Shown: positions 11,595-25,144, counted from the first letter of the stretch. The stretch is 64,000 nucleotides of DNA from Eledone cirrhosa (GCA_964016885.1 OZ024741.1:103416001-103480000); one strand, 5' to 3'. Numbers and translations: made by a program. The notes: generated by a model from the letters alone, not told the origin.

Positions 11595-13308
11595 CAGATT
11601 TGTTTTATAAATAAATATTGACATACCCGGAAAAAAGACAACCCCAACGGTTGAAATTCGCTGGATAGTGGAGATACTTGAGGGTGATACAAATTTGTGA
11701 GTGAGTATGCAAATAAGTGTCAGAAAAATTGAAAAAAACAACGGTTTATTTAAATTAAACTGTTGGAAGTATATAGATGTAAAAGGGAGAGAGACAAAAT
11801 AGATGTAAAAAAGGAGAGAGACAAAAAAATTGAGAGGGAGAGAGATAAAGAGAATAGATAAAGAGAATAGAAAGAGAAAGAGAAAGATAGAAGGAAAAAG
11901 AGAAAAGATATAATATTGAGAGAGAGTGAAGGAAAGAACAAATAATTGAGATGGAGAGAGAAAGAAAAAAGTATTGTGAGGGAGAGAGAATTTCCATTAC
12001 CCCTACATATTCTAAACATGCTTAATACTTATGTATTTTCTTATATATCCAACTATTTTTAATACTTATGTATTTTCATATATATCCAATCATTTATATT
12101 ATTTTTATATATATATGCAATAATTATGTCTTATATTTTAATCATATCTTAATTATATTTTAAGATGAATTTTTATAACTTCTTATAACTTTCGTAGTGA
12201 TTTTTATCTATCCTTGAATCATTTGGGGTTTTTTTAAATCCCTTTTTAACTTCCTTATTGTTTTTTTTTATTATCTCAATTTGTATAGTCTTAATTTATA
12301 GTCGAAACTGTAAACTGTTTTAATATATACTCCTAATTAAATAATTTTTCCTTTCTAAACTCTCGTAAATCTTCATAAATATTTGATGTTTAAGATTTGA
12401 CTTACAACTATTAATAAACTCTGGCTAAATATAATTTTGCCAAACTTACTTTAATCAATTAAACTATACTTGGTTTTTTTTTCCAATGCAAAATATTATA
12501 CATTCAAATAATTTATAACCTATAACATAAAATACCCATCTAAACCTATATAGTATTAATACATCTTAATAAATTTTAAATACTTCTTTTTGTTATATAT
12601 CTTATTGTAATTATTTAAATTTTAATTAAATTCTAATTAAATTTTAATTAAATTTCTGGGTACATTTTTAACTAAATTATAACAATACTCTTTTGTAAAG
12701 TTTTCTTATCAATAATTTAATTTAATTTTTTAACTTTACCTTTATAAGTAATATAAACACAACATAACGACGAATAATATATTTACATTCTGACTAATCA
12801 TCTATATAAATTTATTTCTTCTCTCACTTCGCCCATCTTTCTCTTTCTCTTTCTTCTCCCGCCCTCTCAATACTCTTTCTCCCTCCTTTTCCAATATTTT
12901 TTCAACATTCTTTTCTCGCTCCCTCACAATACTTTTTTCTTTCTCTCTCCATCTCAATTATTTGTTCTTTCCTTCACTCTCTCTCAATATTATATCTTTT
13001 CTCTTTTTCCTTCTATCTTTCTCTTTCTCTTTCTATTCTCTTTATCTATTCTCTTTATCTCTCTCCCTCTCAATTTTTTTGTCTCTCTCCTTTTTTACAT
13101 CTATTTTGTCTCTCTCCCTTTTACATCTATATACTTCCAACAGTTTAATTTAAATAAACCGTTGTTTTTTTCAATTTTTCTGACACTTATTTGCATACTC
13201 ACTCACAAATTTGTATCACCCTCAAGTATCTCCACTATCCAGCGAATTTCAACCGTTGAGGTTGTCTTTTTTCCGGGTATGTCAATATTTATTTATAAAA
13301 CAAATCTG

Positions 13309-13374
13309 TATTTTATCTGATGAAAGCGCACCATAATTTACCTTGGTTGCCCTTGAAATATATATAATAAAATA
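13309..13374 (+). ncRNA. Type I hammerhead ribozyme
   Basis: TATTTTAT CTGATGA AAGCGCACCA..TGGTTGCCCTT GAAA TATATATA ATAAAATA: 8-bp stem I, intact core, palindromic stem III. Confidence 0.72.
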
Positions 13375-13412
13375 ATTATGGTTTTATAAATATAGTTTCC
13401 ATTTATTAATAT

Positions 13413-13531
<119 letters not shown>

Positions 13532-14140
13532 ATCCATGTATCTGTGTATCCATGTATCTATGTATCTATGTATTTGTGTGTGCGTGTGTGTGTATATGTA
13601 TATAAACGTGGGAGAAATATAGGAAGCAGGAAACGCAGAACCGACAAATACATGGACAATTCCCGCTCATCGGCTGTCTTTCTGGGTATCATTATAGTTT
13701 CGGATGATATCTATAAATATGCATGTAATATATATATATATACAGACAGAGAAACACTTCTAGACAGACAAAGGGCGAGCAAGGAGAAATCAAGGGGGTG
13801 GGGTGAGGAAGGAGTGACGTTGGCAGAGAGCGGCTGACATATATACATATTAACAGACAGGCATGCAAACATTTTCGTTAAGAAGGGTCTTCAATGTAAT
13901 TTCGGCATCTAATGTTTATTTATTTATTTATCTATTATTTATTTGTTTAATATCATGCAAATATATGCAAACCATGTAAGTATTGTATTGTTGGGAAGTG
14001 TTAACAAACTGGATTCGACGCCAAATTAACGGTCTGTTTCTTAACAAAAATTCTGAAATATTCTTGTACTTTAAATGTACGTGTAATAGAGTGTTTGTAT
14101 ATATGTATGTATGTGCTTATGCGTGAGTATATGTGTCTCT

Positions 14141-14143
<3 letters not shown>

Positions 14144-14209
<66 letters not shown>

Positions 14210-14646
14210 TGTGTGTGTGTGTGTGTGTTGTATTACCTATTTACCAGACAACAAATGACATATGTTATGACCGAAGCTAATTTTTATTCGGAGATCCGTC
14301 GCCATTGTTTCCGCTCTTCAAAATGATGTCCCCCATCACCACCAACGCCATCATCATTACAACGTCACAATCATCACCATCATTACCATCGCCACCATCA
14401 CTACCACAACCACCGTCACTACTAACATCACCATCATCACCATCACAATCAGCACCACCATCACTACTACCATCATCATTACTACTACTACTTCTATTAC
14501 TATTACTACTGCAAAATAATATAGAAACTACGTAAAACGATAGCTGAGGTCTGATGACGTCCGTCGTTTACCATACCAGTAATTGGTGCAGGCTAGCTAT
14601 TGTTTTACTGGGAAGTTTGGAACGTAGTTTTTTAAAGGACATGTGC

Positions 14647-14708
<62 letters not shown>

Positions 14709-14709
14709 A

Positions 14710-14740
<31 letters not shown>

Positions 14741-14743
14741 TGT

Positions 14744-14831
<88 letters not shown>

Positions 14832-14860
14832 ATATATATATATATATGTGTGTGTGTATG

Positions 14861-14893
<33 letters not shown>
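14144..14893. repeat. (TG)n, (AT)n and (CAT/CAC/TAC)n simple-repeat cluster
   Basis: Direct reading. Confidence 0.9.
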
Positions 14894-14899
<6 letters not shown>

Positions 14900-14994
14900 A
14901 AGCGGGCTGTGTGTTTACTGTAAACAAAGTGTAAGATAGTAATATGGACATAAACAAGAGAATAAACCATTCATCAGCTGTTATACCTCTGGAA

Positions 14995-15794
14995 CAAATC
15001 TCAAAGTTCAGTCTGTTGACCAATATGAGGGTTCACCTGCATGGTGACCAGCAAGCAGGAATTTTTGCACAGCACCTACTTGAGCTTGGAAGAGGGACAA
15101 CAAGTGCTGGCGATGGACTCATTGGTGTGGATTGAATTGGGATGGTCGCCCAGACAAAAGAAGAACTTTCATCCAAAGTCTTCCCACGGCTGTCTGAGAA
15201 TTTTACTTGCCGTGATTGGCTCTGTGAAAGAGCAATACTTGCACCAAGAAATGACAGTGTCAGAGACATCAACGATAGGCTGCGTAAGCAGATCCCTGGG
15301 CCTGTTCACACGTACAAGTCAATCGATTGTGTGGTTGACACAGATGTGGCAGTTCAATACCCAGTGGAATTCTTGAACGCTCTTGATTTGCCAGGAATCC
15401 CTCCACACAGGTTGCAGTTGAAGCTTGGTGCCCCTATCATCCTGCTGCGAAATCTGAACCCACCAAAGCTCTGCAATGGCACACGACTTGCAGTGAAGCA
15501 GATGCTGCGTCATGTCATTGAAGCCACAATCATAACTGGAGTTGGTAGGGGAGAAGATGTATTTATTTCTCGTTCGAGCGACTTCAGTTTCCAATAAGAC
15601 TAAGCTTCGCGATTACCATCAACAAAGCTCAGAGTCAAACCCTACAAGTGGCTGGCCTTCATCTTGGAAAACCATGCTTCTCCCATGGTCAATTGTATGT
15701 AGAATGCTCTAGGGTGAGCTCGCCAAACAATCTCATCTTGGCTCCGGAGGGTCGAACAAAAAATATTGTATACTCTGAGGCTCTAACAATGTAA
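14995..15794 (+). pseudogene. Helitron RepHel PIF1-type helicase C-terminal fragment
   Basis: LTNMRV...WLCERAILAPRND...EFLNALDLPGIPPHRLQLKLGAPIILLRNLNPPKLCNGTRL, then after a break SFAITINKAQSQTL...FSHGQLYV..SRV...TKNIVYSEAL. Confidence 0.9.
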
Positions 15795-16831
15795 TATAAA
15801 TATTTTCAGTTACCTGTAATCTTACCCCCCCCACACACACACACACAAGTTTAAAAGATAGCAATTATATAACCAAGAATATTTTATATTTTATACACTC
15901 TATATAGATTAATTTATAACACTACCACAATATTATAACAACCCTTAATTTATCAACAACATTAATTACCTCCCTTTGTTATTAACCCCCTTTACAACTT
16001 CCTGTGTAAACTTATAAAATTAAGCAACCTAACGGTTTACCAACAGCTTAATAACGGTTAATACAAACCATAGAAAAGATAATTTACTGATAAAAAATGC
16101 ATAAGATAATATACCTACAATAACAACATGGTCAGTAATTCGGAGGAATTTACATTTAACAAACAAACACCTATTGACTATAAACGACTTAAAATAATCC
16201 CATGGTTAATAGCTGTGAGTAACAAACAACACATGCACATAAATACGAACTACAACACAAAAACACTTAAATGAAAATCACATACCGAACTCTATCTAGT
16301 GCTTTATATTACACCTTACATACAAAAAATACCTACATTATCACCACATGCCTCTCTAACAAGTTGCACACTATCTTAAATGTTTATAACAAATATAACA
16401 AGATTTAACACCCCACACAAAATATGTTTATTTCAACTGCATTATAACTCTTTCCTCATACATGCATTATTGACTGTATTGACTCCTGCATTGTGCACCA
16501 ATTGACTTTGCTTATAACTTATTTCCCTGTCTTTTTTTGCTTGTGATTATTTTTGCTTGTGCTTTTTGCTTTTACTTATACCTATTACACTTCCAACCAG
16601 TGCTGCCTGTAATTGTGTTATTTCAAGCGGAACATCTTTTTAACTCCCGAATCTCCACATGATGCCTTTGACACTAATAACAACTATGTACCCTAAATGT
16701 TCTAAATGACTAGGATTCTAGTTACACGTTTTCGACATTCCTTATGCTCCGATGATTCCAGACTTCCCTCTGGAAGAAACAATTGTCAGCTAATAAATGT
16801 TCTAAACTAAAATTTGATCGTTTTAACACTT

Positions 16832-16923
<92 letters not shown>

Positions 16924-17056
16924 CAAAGGGATATTTAATTTGTTGGTAATTCAACAAATATATATATTTATAACAGATTCGAAGCACTCGACAAGTTTTC
17001 TGGAGTATAATATCAATGATATTAATAAATGGAAACTATATTTATAAAACCAAATT

Positions 17057-17116
17057 TATTCTATTATATATATTTCAAGGCACCAAAACTTTGGTTCGCT
17101 CTCATCAGATAAAATA
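17057..17116 (-). ncRNA. Type I hammerhead ribozyme in a Penelope-like repeat fragment (about 16980-17180)
   Basis: TATTTTAT CTGATGA GAGCGAACCAAAGTTTTGGTGCCTT GAAA TATATATA ATAGAATA. Same family as 11529 and 13309. Confidence 0.65.
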
Positions 17117-17181
17117 CAAAGTTTGTTTTATAAATATTGACATATCCAGGAATGAGACCTTAACAGTTCAAGTTTCACTTG

Positions 17182-18266
17182 TTTGCCTCTCCACGTTCCG
17201 AACTTCAAACCGACAGACTTGACCGGGTTCAGTTTTGCTCCTGTGAGCCTTTCGTATTCCTGCAGTAAGTTGCCGATCGCCCCGATTTCCGAGGTTTCCG
17301 ACACCATTACTGTCACGTCATCGGCATAAGCCGACGCCGCTTTCCGCAGTCCCGGTTCCAACGGGATGCCCTGCAGCAGCTCCAACTTCCGCAGTAGTGG
17401 CTCTAGAGTCAGTACGTAGAAAATGGAGGAGAGAGGGCATCCCTGTCGGATGGAACGCGTGATTGCGAACGGCTCGGATAGGTAGCCGTTCACTTTGACC
17501 ATCGAGCAGATGCTGGTGTGCATTGCGGCGATCCAGCCTCTGAAGACGGGTCCAAAACCGGCCGCCTTGAGAACCGCTTCCAAGTATCGATGGTCGACCC
17601 TATCGAACGCCTTAGACTGATCTAAATTGATCAGAGCCCCACCGAAGCCGGGTTTACACCCCACCATCTCTATGATGTATCGCATGAGGTGGAGGTTGTC
17701 GTGTATGGACCTGATTGGGATTGTACACGTTTGCGCTTTCCCTACCAGGTTCTCGACGACAAGCGCCAACCTCGTTGCCAACACCTTAGCCAAAATCTTT
17801 AACTCTGTGTTGAGCAGAGTTATGGGCCTAAAGTTGCTTAGTTCGTTCCCCTTGTTCTTGTCTTTCCTGACCAGCGTTACTACGCCCCTGCCTGCAGAAC
17901 TGGGAATTCTCCCGTTCTGCTGCCAATTGCAGTAGACGGCTTCGAGGACGCCAGAGAACAAGTCCGTCATGCCTATGTAAAACACATAGGGTAGACCATC
18001 TAGACCGGGTGATTTGCGTTTCCCGCAGCAGCCCAGAGCGTTCCGTATCTCAGTGGCTGTGATCGGTCTTTCGCAGAACTCGACGTCCATGCTCGAGAGA
18101 CGCGGCAGGCCGTCGAGGTATGAACCGAAGTCCATTGCCCCATTCGACGCACCACAACTCTGCTCGAACAGTCGCGCAAAGTGCCGCTGAAAGGCCGCGC
18201 ATATCTGCTTGGGGTCAAGTAGCACGCGTCCGTTTTGGTCTTTCAAAGACCGAATCGGACTTTTAC
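17182..18266 (-). pseudogene. Tx1-type ORF2 fragment (linker plus RT), truncated at both ends but open
   Basis: KSPIRSLKDQNGR...KSPGLDGLPY...QGCPLSS...LELLQGIPLEPGLRKA...YADD. Closer to the array family than to copies A and B. Confidence 0.9.
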
Positions 18267-18642
18267 AAAGCGCTGAGGGGATAAAGTTAATATAAAGAGA
18301 AGTGTGTTCATATGCAGTAGAGAGCTGTAGAGCGAGAAATCCCCGTATGTCTGTCTCTTCCAAGCTTTTCTTCGATTGTCCTATGTATTAATTTTTTAGT
18401 TTTTTCTTTTCTTCTTATACTCTCACTCGCTTAAAGCCGATGAAAAGTGAAACCAGGCATAAGCACCAGCCCTATTACACAGGAGGTTTGGAACAAACTT
18501 TAACTTTTTTACCATCTCTTTACAGTCGTATCTTAACGCTAGCGCAATAATAATTGAAACCCCTTCGAAACCTTTATTCCAATCCCGTTAAGAGCTATGC
18601 GCAGGTGCAATGGCATGTAACTTCTGTAATTCAATTTTAAAT

Positions 18643-18829
18643 AATTGTTTCTACTTTTGGCGCAAGGCCTGCAATCATCCCAGTGTATTACTGGTGCTTT
18701 ATTTTATTGACTCCGTAAGGATGAAAGGCAAAGTTAACCTCGGTGGGATTTGAACTCAGACCATAAAGAGCCGTAACTCTTTGCTGCAAAGCATGGTGTC
18801 CGACTCTCTAGCGATACTGCCAATCCACC
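18643..18829 (-). mobile_element. tRNA-derived SINE, family 1
   Basis: Near-identical to 9394-9583. Confidence 0.85.
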
Positions 18830-19406
18830 AAAGGGTCGAGTTGGAAAGAAAGACAAATATAGATAAAGAGAGGGGAAGAAGCGTGAGAGACGGGCAATAT
18901 TTTCTGAAAAAGAGAGAAAGAGAGGGAGTATAAGGTACGAGATAGCGAATACGTGTGTAAGAATACATAGAAACTTCTCTGTATAAGTGACGTTGTGCAA
19001 ATAAAATTGCTTTTAACATTTTCATCATTGTATAATTCAGTTTATGGTATGGCATCATTTAAACCTGGTGAAGCCCATCTCCTCTCCATCTGAACATAGC
19101 ACATTTCTCATAGAATAGGGTAGAGAAAAGAAAATATAGATGAAGAATCAACCCAGTACTAAACTGATACTGTTTTGATCGACCTCGGCGTTATTTGAAC
19201 TCAGAGCAGAGAGCCGGGACAATTACCACAAAGTATTCTATCCTACCTTCAAACGATTCTGTCAACTCACCGTATTCGGTTTATAGAAAGTTTTATTTAC
19301 ATAAAAAATCGAAATATTAACTACATAAAGAAAGTATTCAATGTGATTTAGTTGTTATTTCTAACAGGTTCAGCGACTTTGTAAACGATTTACTTTCAAA
19401 TATATG

Positions 19407-19463
<57 letters not shown>

Positions 19464-19594
19464 CCATGCATATATGTATCCATGCATACATATATATACA
19501 CATGCATACATACGCAAATACATACATACATACATACATACATACATACATACATACATACATACATACATACATACATACATACATACATACA

Positions 19595-19917
19595 TGATGG
19601 CTGAAAACTCTGCAATCGCTTGTCAGATTACAGAAAATTGTGCACTTTTAGGCTACGGCCAGCCAGACGAACCTGTAACATAATTTGAACATGCAATGCC
19701 TGTGCTTTGAAGGTTTTTTTAAGTAGGGAAAGGCCTTGCACCCCACCAGTCCCACCCTCTGAACATCGAAACACTACCAGAAATGGAGAACTGGTCAACA
19801 TCACTCTCCTCGCAAGCAAGCTTGGTGGGGTCGCCGGTTTACTCGCCGACGACCCGACCATGAGATAGGTTGTACCGGGTTACATGTTACTAGTAGCACT
19901 CGAGAGCGACCTGACAT
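19595..19917 (-). mobile_element. Short RTE-derived non-autonomous element in (CATA)n
   Basis: 5' end TATGTCAGGTC...TAACATGTAACCCGGTACAACC is shared with the copies ending at 23147 and 23790. Confidence 0.6.
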
Positions 19918-19930
19918 AAAAAAGTGAATA

Positions 19931-20022
19931 CGCCTGCGGAGGGACTTGAACCCGCAACCCTCAGATACCTTCACATTTGAATCTGTAAAAGTCTGATGCT
20001 CTACCGACTGAGCTATACGGGC
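19931..20022 (-). tRNA. tRNA-Lys(UUU) gene or pseudogene with a 19-nt intron after position 37 and a T6 terminator
   Basis: GCCCGTA TA GCTC AGTCGGTA GAGC A TCAGA CTTTTA [CAGATTCAAATGTGAAGGT] A TCTGA GGGTT GCGGG TTCAAGT CCCTC CGCAGGC G, then TATTCACTTTTTT. Mismatches in the acceptor and T stems. Confidence 0.8.
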
Positions 20023-20127
20023 GGACACACATACATACATACGTACATACATACGTACGTACGTACATACACCCATACATACATGCATATATACATACAT
20101 ACATACATACATACATGCATACATACA

Positions 20128-20158
<31 letters not shown>

Positions 20159-20879
20159 TTACATACATACATAAAATCTCGACTCTAATATTTGTGAGAG
20201 CCTGGTGTGTTGTACATATTATCTGTAGCAGCCACGTCAGCTGCTGCACTATACACACATACACACACACACACGTTTGTGTATGTGCGTGTGTATGTGT
20301 GTGTGTGTGTGTGCCTGTGTGTGTATGTGTGTCTGTGTCTGTGCATGCGCGTCTGTGTGTGTGTGTGTGTGCGTGTCTGTGTGTGTGTGTCAGTGTGTGT
20401 GAGTCTGTGTGTGCGTGTCTGTGTGTCTGTGTCTATATGTGTGTATGTGTGTGTGTATGTGTGTGTGTGTGCGTGTCGGTGCTTACATTTGTGTTTGTAT
20501 CTGAGTTTATTATGTAAGTAGAAATATAAAGTAAAAATAGAGATAATTACATCTACATAAAAATTATATGTACTTCCTTCTTTAGTCAATAAATGGAGCT
20601 ATGAATGAGAAACATGTGCTTAGTGAGGTTTTTTAAGGGGTTTACTTTTTTTTTTTTTTTTAAAGGAGGGGCATTGTTTTCATTCTTAGTTTAGTTGTTT
20701 CCCACTTTGACAGTTATATATCAACTTTATTGCCAATTCCAATTTGTATTTTTCACATTTTGAAATAGAATCTTGCTCATTTGCGACACACCTAATTACA
20801 TCGCGTGGCGCATCAGTGTGCCGGGGTACACTGTTTGGGAACAGGGAATTAGTTGATGAGTTGGTGACTATTTCTAGCA

Positions 20880-21300
20880 CTAGAAGATCCACGTGTTTAA
20901 TGTTTCTCTCTCGGTTCAAATCACGTTTTTTTAGGGGGGTGGTAGTGGGGAAGTAATGAATAACAACAGTTTCTAGCTCAATTATGTGTTCGGGGGGGGG
21001 GGAAGGATATGCGGACGAGATAAGGTAAGAGGAGGAGAAGCGGATGGGAGAAAAAGAGAGAAGAGAGAGAGAGGAAGGGTGGGAGGGGAGGAGATGTGGA
21101 ATTATGTAAACTATCCTCAAGGGTATTAGGAGAAACATTAGTGAAAGTGGTTCCAAATGGGTTTCGAAATGAAACCTAAATGGACTTGTTTACCCGAGAT
21201 TTACCACTACGCCACGGCAATCAGCAGGGAGCAAATAAAGTGTTACACAATGACTTTTTTTTTCTTTTTAATCACTTTTATCAGAAACTGTTTGTGGCTT

Positions 21301-21333
<33 letters not shown>

Positions 21334-21345
21334 TAATTATGACTT
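20880..21345 (-). repeat. Dispersed repeat with a tRNA-like head (opposite-strand copy at about 25845-26260)
   Basis: GGGTTTCGAAATGAAACC...ACCACTACGCCACGGCAA is the reverse complement of about 25945-26006. A-box-like TGGCGTAGTGG. Confidence 0.65.
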
Positions 21346-21387
21346 TGATTTATTATATATATCTTGTTTTTCCTTGTTGACTTTTCG

Positions 21388-21793
21388 CATACATACATAC
21401 ATACAAACATACATACTTACATACATGCACACAAACAATCATACATACATACATACATACATACATACATACATACATACATACATACAAACATACAGAC
21501 TTACATACATACACACAAACAATCATACATACATACATACATACATACATACATACATACATACATACATACATACATACAAACATACATACTTACATAC
21601 ATGCACACAAACAATCATACATACATACATACATACATACATACATACAAACATACATACTTACATACATGCGCACAAACAATCATACATACATGCATAC
21701 ATACATACATACATACATACATACATACATACTTACATACATGCACACAAACAATCATACATACATACATACATACATACATACATACATACA
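21388..21793. repeat. (CATA)n microsatellite with higher-order ACAAACAATC variants
   Basis: Direct reading. Confidence 0.95.
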
Positions 21794-22372
21794 GGGTGGT
21801 GGCTGCCAACTCGTTTTCGAGTACGGCCACTACTTTATATCCATGTAGGAGAACCCCTACCGATGCGCTGAACGAATGTGACTTTTTTGTCCAGCCAGCG
21901 ACTTGAAAACTCTGGTACAAAGACTACACCTGTGACCATTATTGACACATAGTGCAGGGCCCATGGTACCATGTGATGACAAGTGCAGAGAGATCTCCAG
22001 ATATAAAGCAATGCCTGTGCTGTGAAGCTTTTATAGTGAGCAAAGGCACTGCACAAAGCCAGTCCCACTCTCTTAACCAAGATGATATTTACCAAAAAGA
22101 AGAACAAGTCAACATCATTGGATACCATCAGGGTTGCAGGTGTTATATCAGAGTTTTCCTACTCCTAGAATTCTGCCTTGACAAAGGCTAAGGGGTCATC
22201 TCTCCCAGTGATTTTGGATGGCTATTGACTCTTAAGAGCTCCCTTGCCCTTTGACAGGTTTTGTTTTTAGTCCTGCAGGATGTCCAAAGTCACCCTCCTC
22301 ACCAAGAAACCTTGGTGGGGTTGCCAGTTTAGTCGCCAACAACCCGACCATGAGACAGGTTGTACTGGGATA
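21794..22372 (-). mobile_element. Bipartite RTE-derived element, near-identical to 23184-23790
   Basis: Collinear sequence match. Ends in a (TATG)n tail on the minus strand. Confidence 0.7.
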
Positions 22373-22425
22373 GTACATACATACATACATACATACATAC
22401 ATACATACATACATACATACATACA

Positions 22426-22456
<31 letters not shown>

Positions 22457-22640
22457 TTGCGGACAAAAAGCGCAGCTCCCTAATTCATAGTCTACAAATG
22501 GCTGCGATAGCTGGCACCTTCAAAATTTGCAAAACATTCTTGCGATTCAAGGGATGACAATTTCTTTTCTTTTTTCAAACTTGCCACCAGGAAGGTGGCC
22601 GGTCAAAAAAATATAAAGAAAGAACATACAAACATACATT

Positions 22641-23147
22641 ATGGCTGCAAAACGATGTCGAGTAACGCCATCGCTTGATACTTAAGCAAGAGTATCATGG
22701 ACGTGGCTTCCTAGTCCTGCTAGGGACTTGCCAATGGCCAGCAATACCATGCATCGAAACAAATGTTACTTATCAAGTGATGCCTGTGCTTGAAGTGAGG
22801 AAAAGCCTTCCATGTAGTCAATCACACACTCTGAACATCGAATGCCAAGAGGAACTGGTCTACATCATTGGAAGCAAAAGAAGTCTTAGGATTTATATCA
22901 GATTGGCCTTCTCCTAATCTTAATGAAGATTAGGAGTCTCTCGATCCACAAAAACAAAATACTGTATTGGATGGGCGATGAGTTTCTCTGCCCTTTGATG
23001 GGGTTTGTTTTTCATACCGCAGTGTCCAAAATCAACCTCCTCACCAAGCAAGCTTGTTGGAGTTGCCGGCTGGTCACCGATGACCCGACCATGCAAAGGT
23101 TGTACTAGGTTACATGTTACCAGTAGCGCTGAAGAGTGACCCGACAT
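22641..23147 (-). mobile_element. Divergent bipartite RTE-derived element
   Basis: Shares the 5' motif and internal segments with its neighbours. Flanked by CATA repeats. Confidence 0.6.
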
Positions 23148-23183
23148 ACAGAGACACATACAAACATACATACATACATACAT

Positions 23184-23790
23184 GGTGGCTGCCAACTCGT
23201 TTTCGAGTACGGCCACTACTTTATATCCATATAGGAGAACCCCTACCGATGCGCTGAACGAGTGACTTTTTAGTCCAGCCAGCGACTTGAAAACTCTGGT
23301 ACAAACACTACACTTGTGACAAATATTGACACATAGTGCTGGGCCCATGGTACCATGTGACGACAAGTGCAGAGAGATCTCCAGATATAAAGCAATGCCT
23401 GTGCCGTGAAGCTTTTATAGTGAGCAAAGGCACTGCACAAAGCCAGTCCCACTCTCTTAACCAAGATGATATTTACCAAAAAGAAGAACAAGTCAACATC
23501 ATTGGATACCATCAGGGTTGCAGGTGTTATATCAGAGTTTTCCATCTCCTAGAATTCTGCCTTGACAAAGGCTAAGGGGTCATCTCTCTCGGTGATTTTG
23601 GATGGCCATTGACTCTTAAGAGCTCCTTTTCCCTTTGACAGGTTTTGTTTTTAGTCCTGCAGGATGTCCAAAGTCACCCTCCTCACCAAGAAACCTTGGT
23701 GGGGTTGCCAGTTTAGTCGCCAACGACCCGACCATGGGTCAGGTTGTACTGGGATACATGTTACCAGTAGCACCAACTGGTGACCTGACA
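23184..23790 (-). mobile_element. Bipartite RTE-derived element (5' UTR joined to 3' end)
   Basis: The 3' part encodes CSVCTRVFKSLAGLKSH, like the C2H2-type terminus of RTE ORFs. No RT is present. (TATG)n on both sides. Confidence 0.7.
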
Positions 23791-24235
23791 TAAACATACA
23801 TACATACATACATACATACATACATACATACATACATACATACATACATACACACATATTTCGGTGTGTGTGTGTGTAATATATATATATAATATTATTC
23901 AGAATATTAATAAATGAAAACATTCACATAATGAAAATATATGTTTTATTATATATATTTTGAAGTTACTGTGTGTTTTTTCAGTACGTACTCGTCAGAT
24001 AAAATACATGAATTGATGTATGACATACCTCAACGGTCTTGATGGTTCAATTCCAGTATTGGCAGTCGGAATTGCCAATATTGTAAGGGTTGTGATGTTC
24101 CAGATTTCAACTGTCAATGTATGTTCCCTTCTGAACACTCTTTGGGATCTCGGGATATGCAATCTTTGTGCATCCATCTCACGCCTCCCAGGACAGGTCG
24201 CAGGCCCATTGCCAGTTTTTACGGCATGAAATGGA

Positions 24236-24605
24236 GACTACAGGTCTTTGAGAAATCGTGTGAGTACTGCCAAGGGGTGTATTCTTGCTTTGTAGACCTC
24301 GAAAGGGCATATGACCGCGTTCCACAGGACCGCTACGTCTCCGAATTGAGATATCACAGCTCCGATACTATAAGCATGTGGTTAGAATGTCTCAGGAAAG
24401 AATCGCTGGACAGATTTTACTGGCAAAACGAACCGGTAGGAAACCCAGGGGTAAACTCCGAGCAAGATGGTTGGATAACATGAGCTCGGCTAATCTTGCT
24501 TGGGAATCCAGCCGGATCAGTTGGAAACGGTTGCTTTTGACAGGACCCGCTGGAAGGAGTGTTTGAGGACTGTCCTCACGACCCTCTCAGGCATAAGTGG
24601 GCGAA

Positions 24606-24606
<1 letters not shown>
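24236..24606 (+). pseudogene. RTE-clade LINE fragment, internally deleted
   Basis: QVFEKSCEY..VYSCFVDLERAYDRVP (RT) is joined to RMSQERIAGQILL..GRKPRGKLRARWLD..AFDRTRWK (RTE C-terminus), then (AT)n. Confidence 0.8.
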
Positions 24607-24694
<88 letters not shown>

Positions 24695-24719
24695 TTACAT
24701 GACTAGAACAGTTCCATTC

Positions 24720-25100
24720 GTATGAAATCATCAGGAATGTCAGATAAAATTGGTCAGTTTTGTTATTGAATTATTTTAATTTCTTAAACTTTAATTGGAT
24801 TCTGTTGTACTTCAGTTCTCATAATACTTGGTTTCGTGTGGAAAGACCACAGCGGGTATCATTCAAGTTGGGATCAGGAAATTTAGAAAAGAGAAGAATA
24901 ATGGTAGGAACACACATATCTAAGCCAGAAAATTAGAGAATATCCATAGATCGTAAAGAAGGATAATGGCATCCGGATCTTTAGCCGTAAGTTCTAAAGA
25001 TTCAGGATTCAATCCTGTGTCACCGTGTTGACTTTATTGTTAATAAAAGACACTTAAGCTTAGACTGTTATCTAGAATTACACCGAGGTTTCTGAGAATA
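24720..25100 (-). mobile_element. Degenerate CR1/L2-like LINE fragment
   Basis: Reverse complement of 60430-60760, e.g. CCCAACTTGAATGAT..CTGTGGTCTT..AACCAAGTATTATGAGAA. Confidence 0.55.
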
Positions 25101-25144
25101 TTTGATGTTACGAGGAGTTCTCTCGGAGAAGGAGATTAGGCTGT

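Noticed and set aside
14535-14570. CTGATGA hammerhead-like core
   Set aside because: No properly placed GAAA or closing stems. The same applies to CTGATGA near 11099.
15880-16460. Possible Penelope GIY-YIG coding remnant
   Set aside because: Only faint resemblance with many stops. Needs a profile search.
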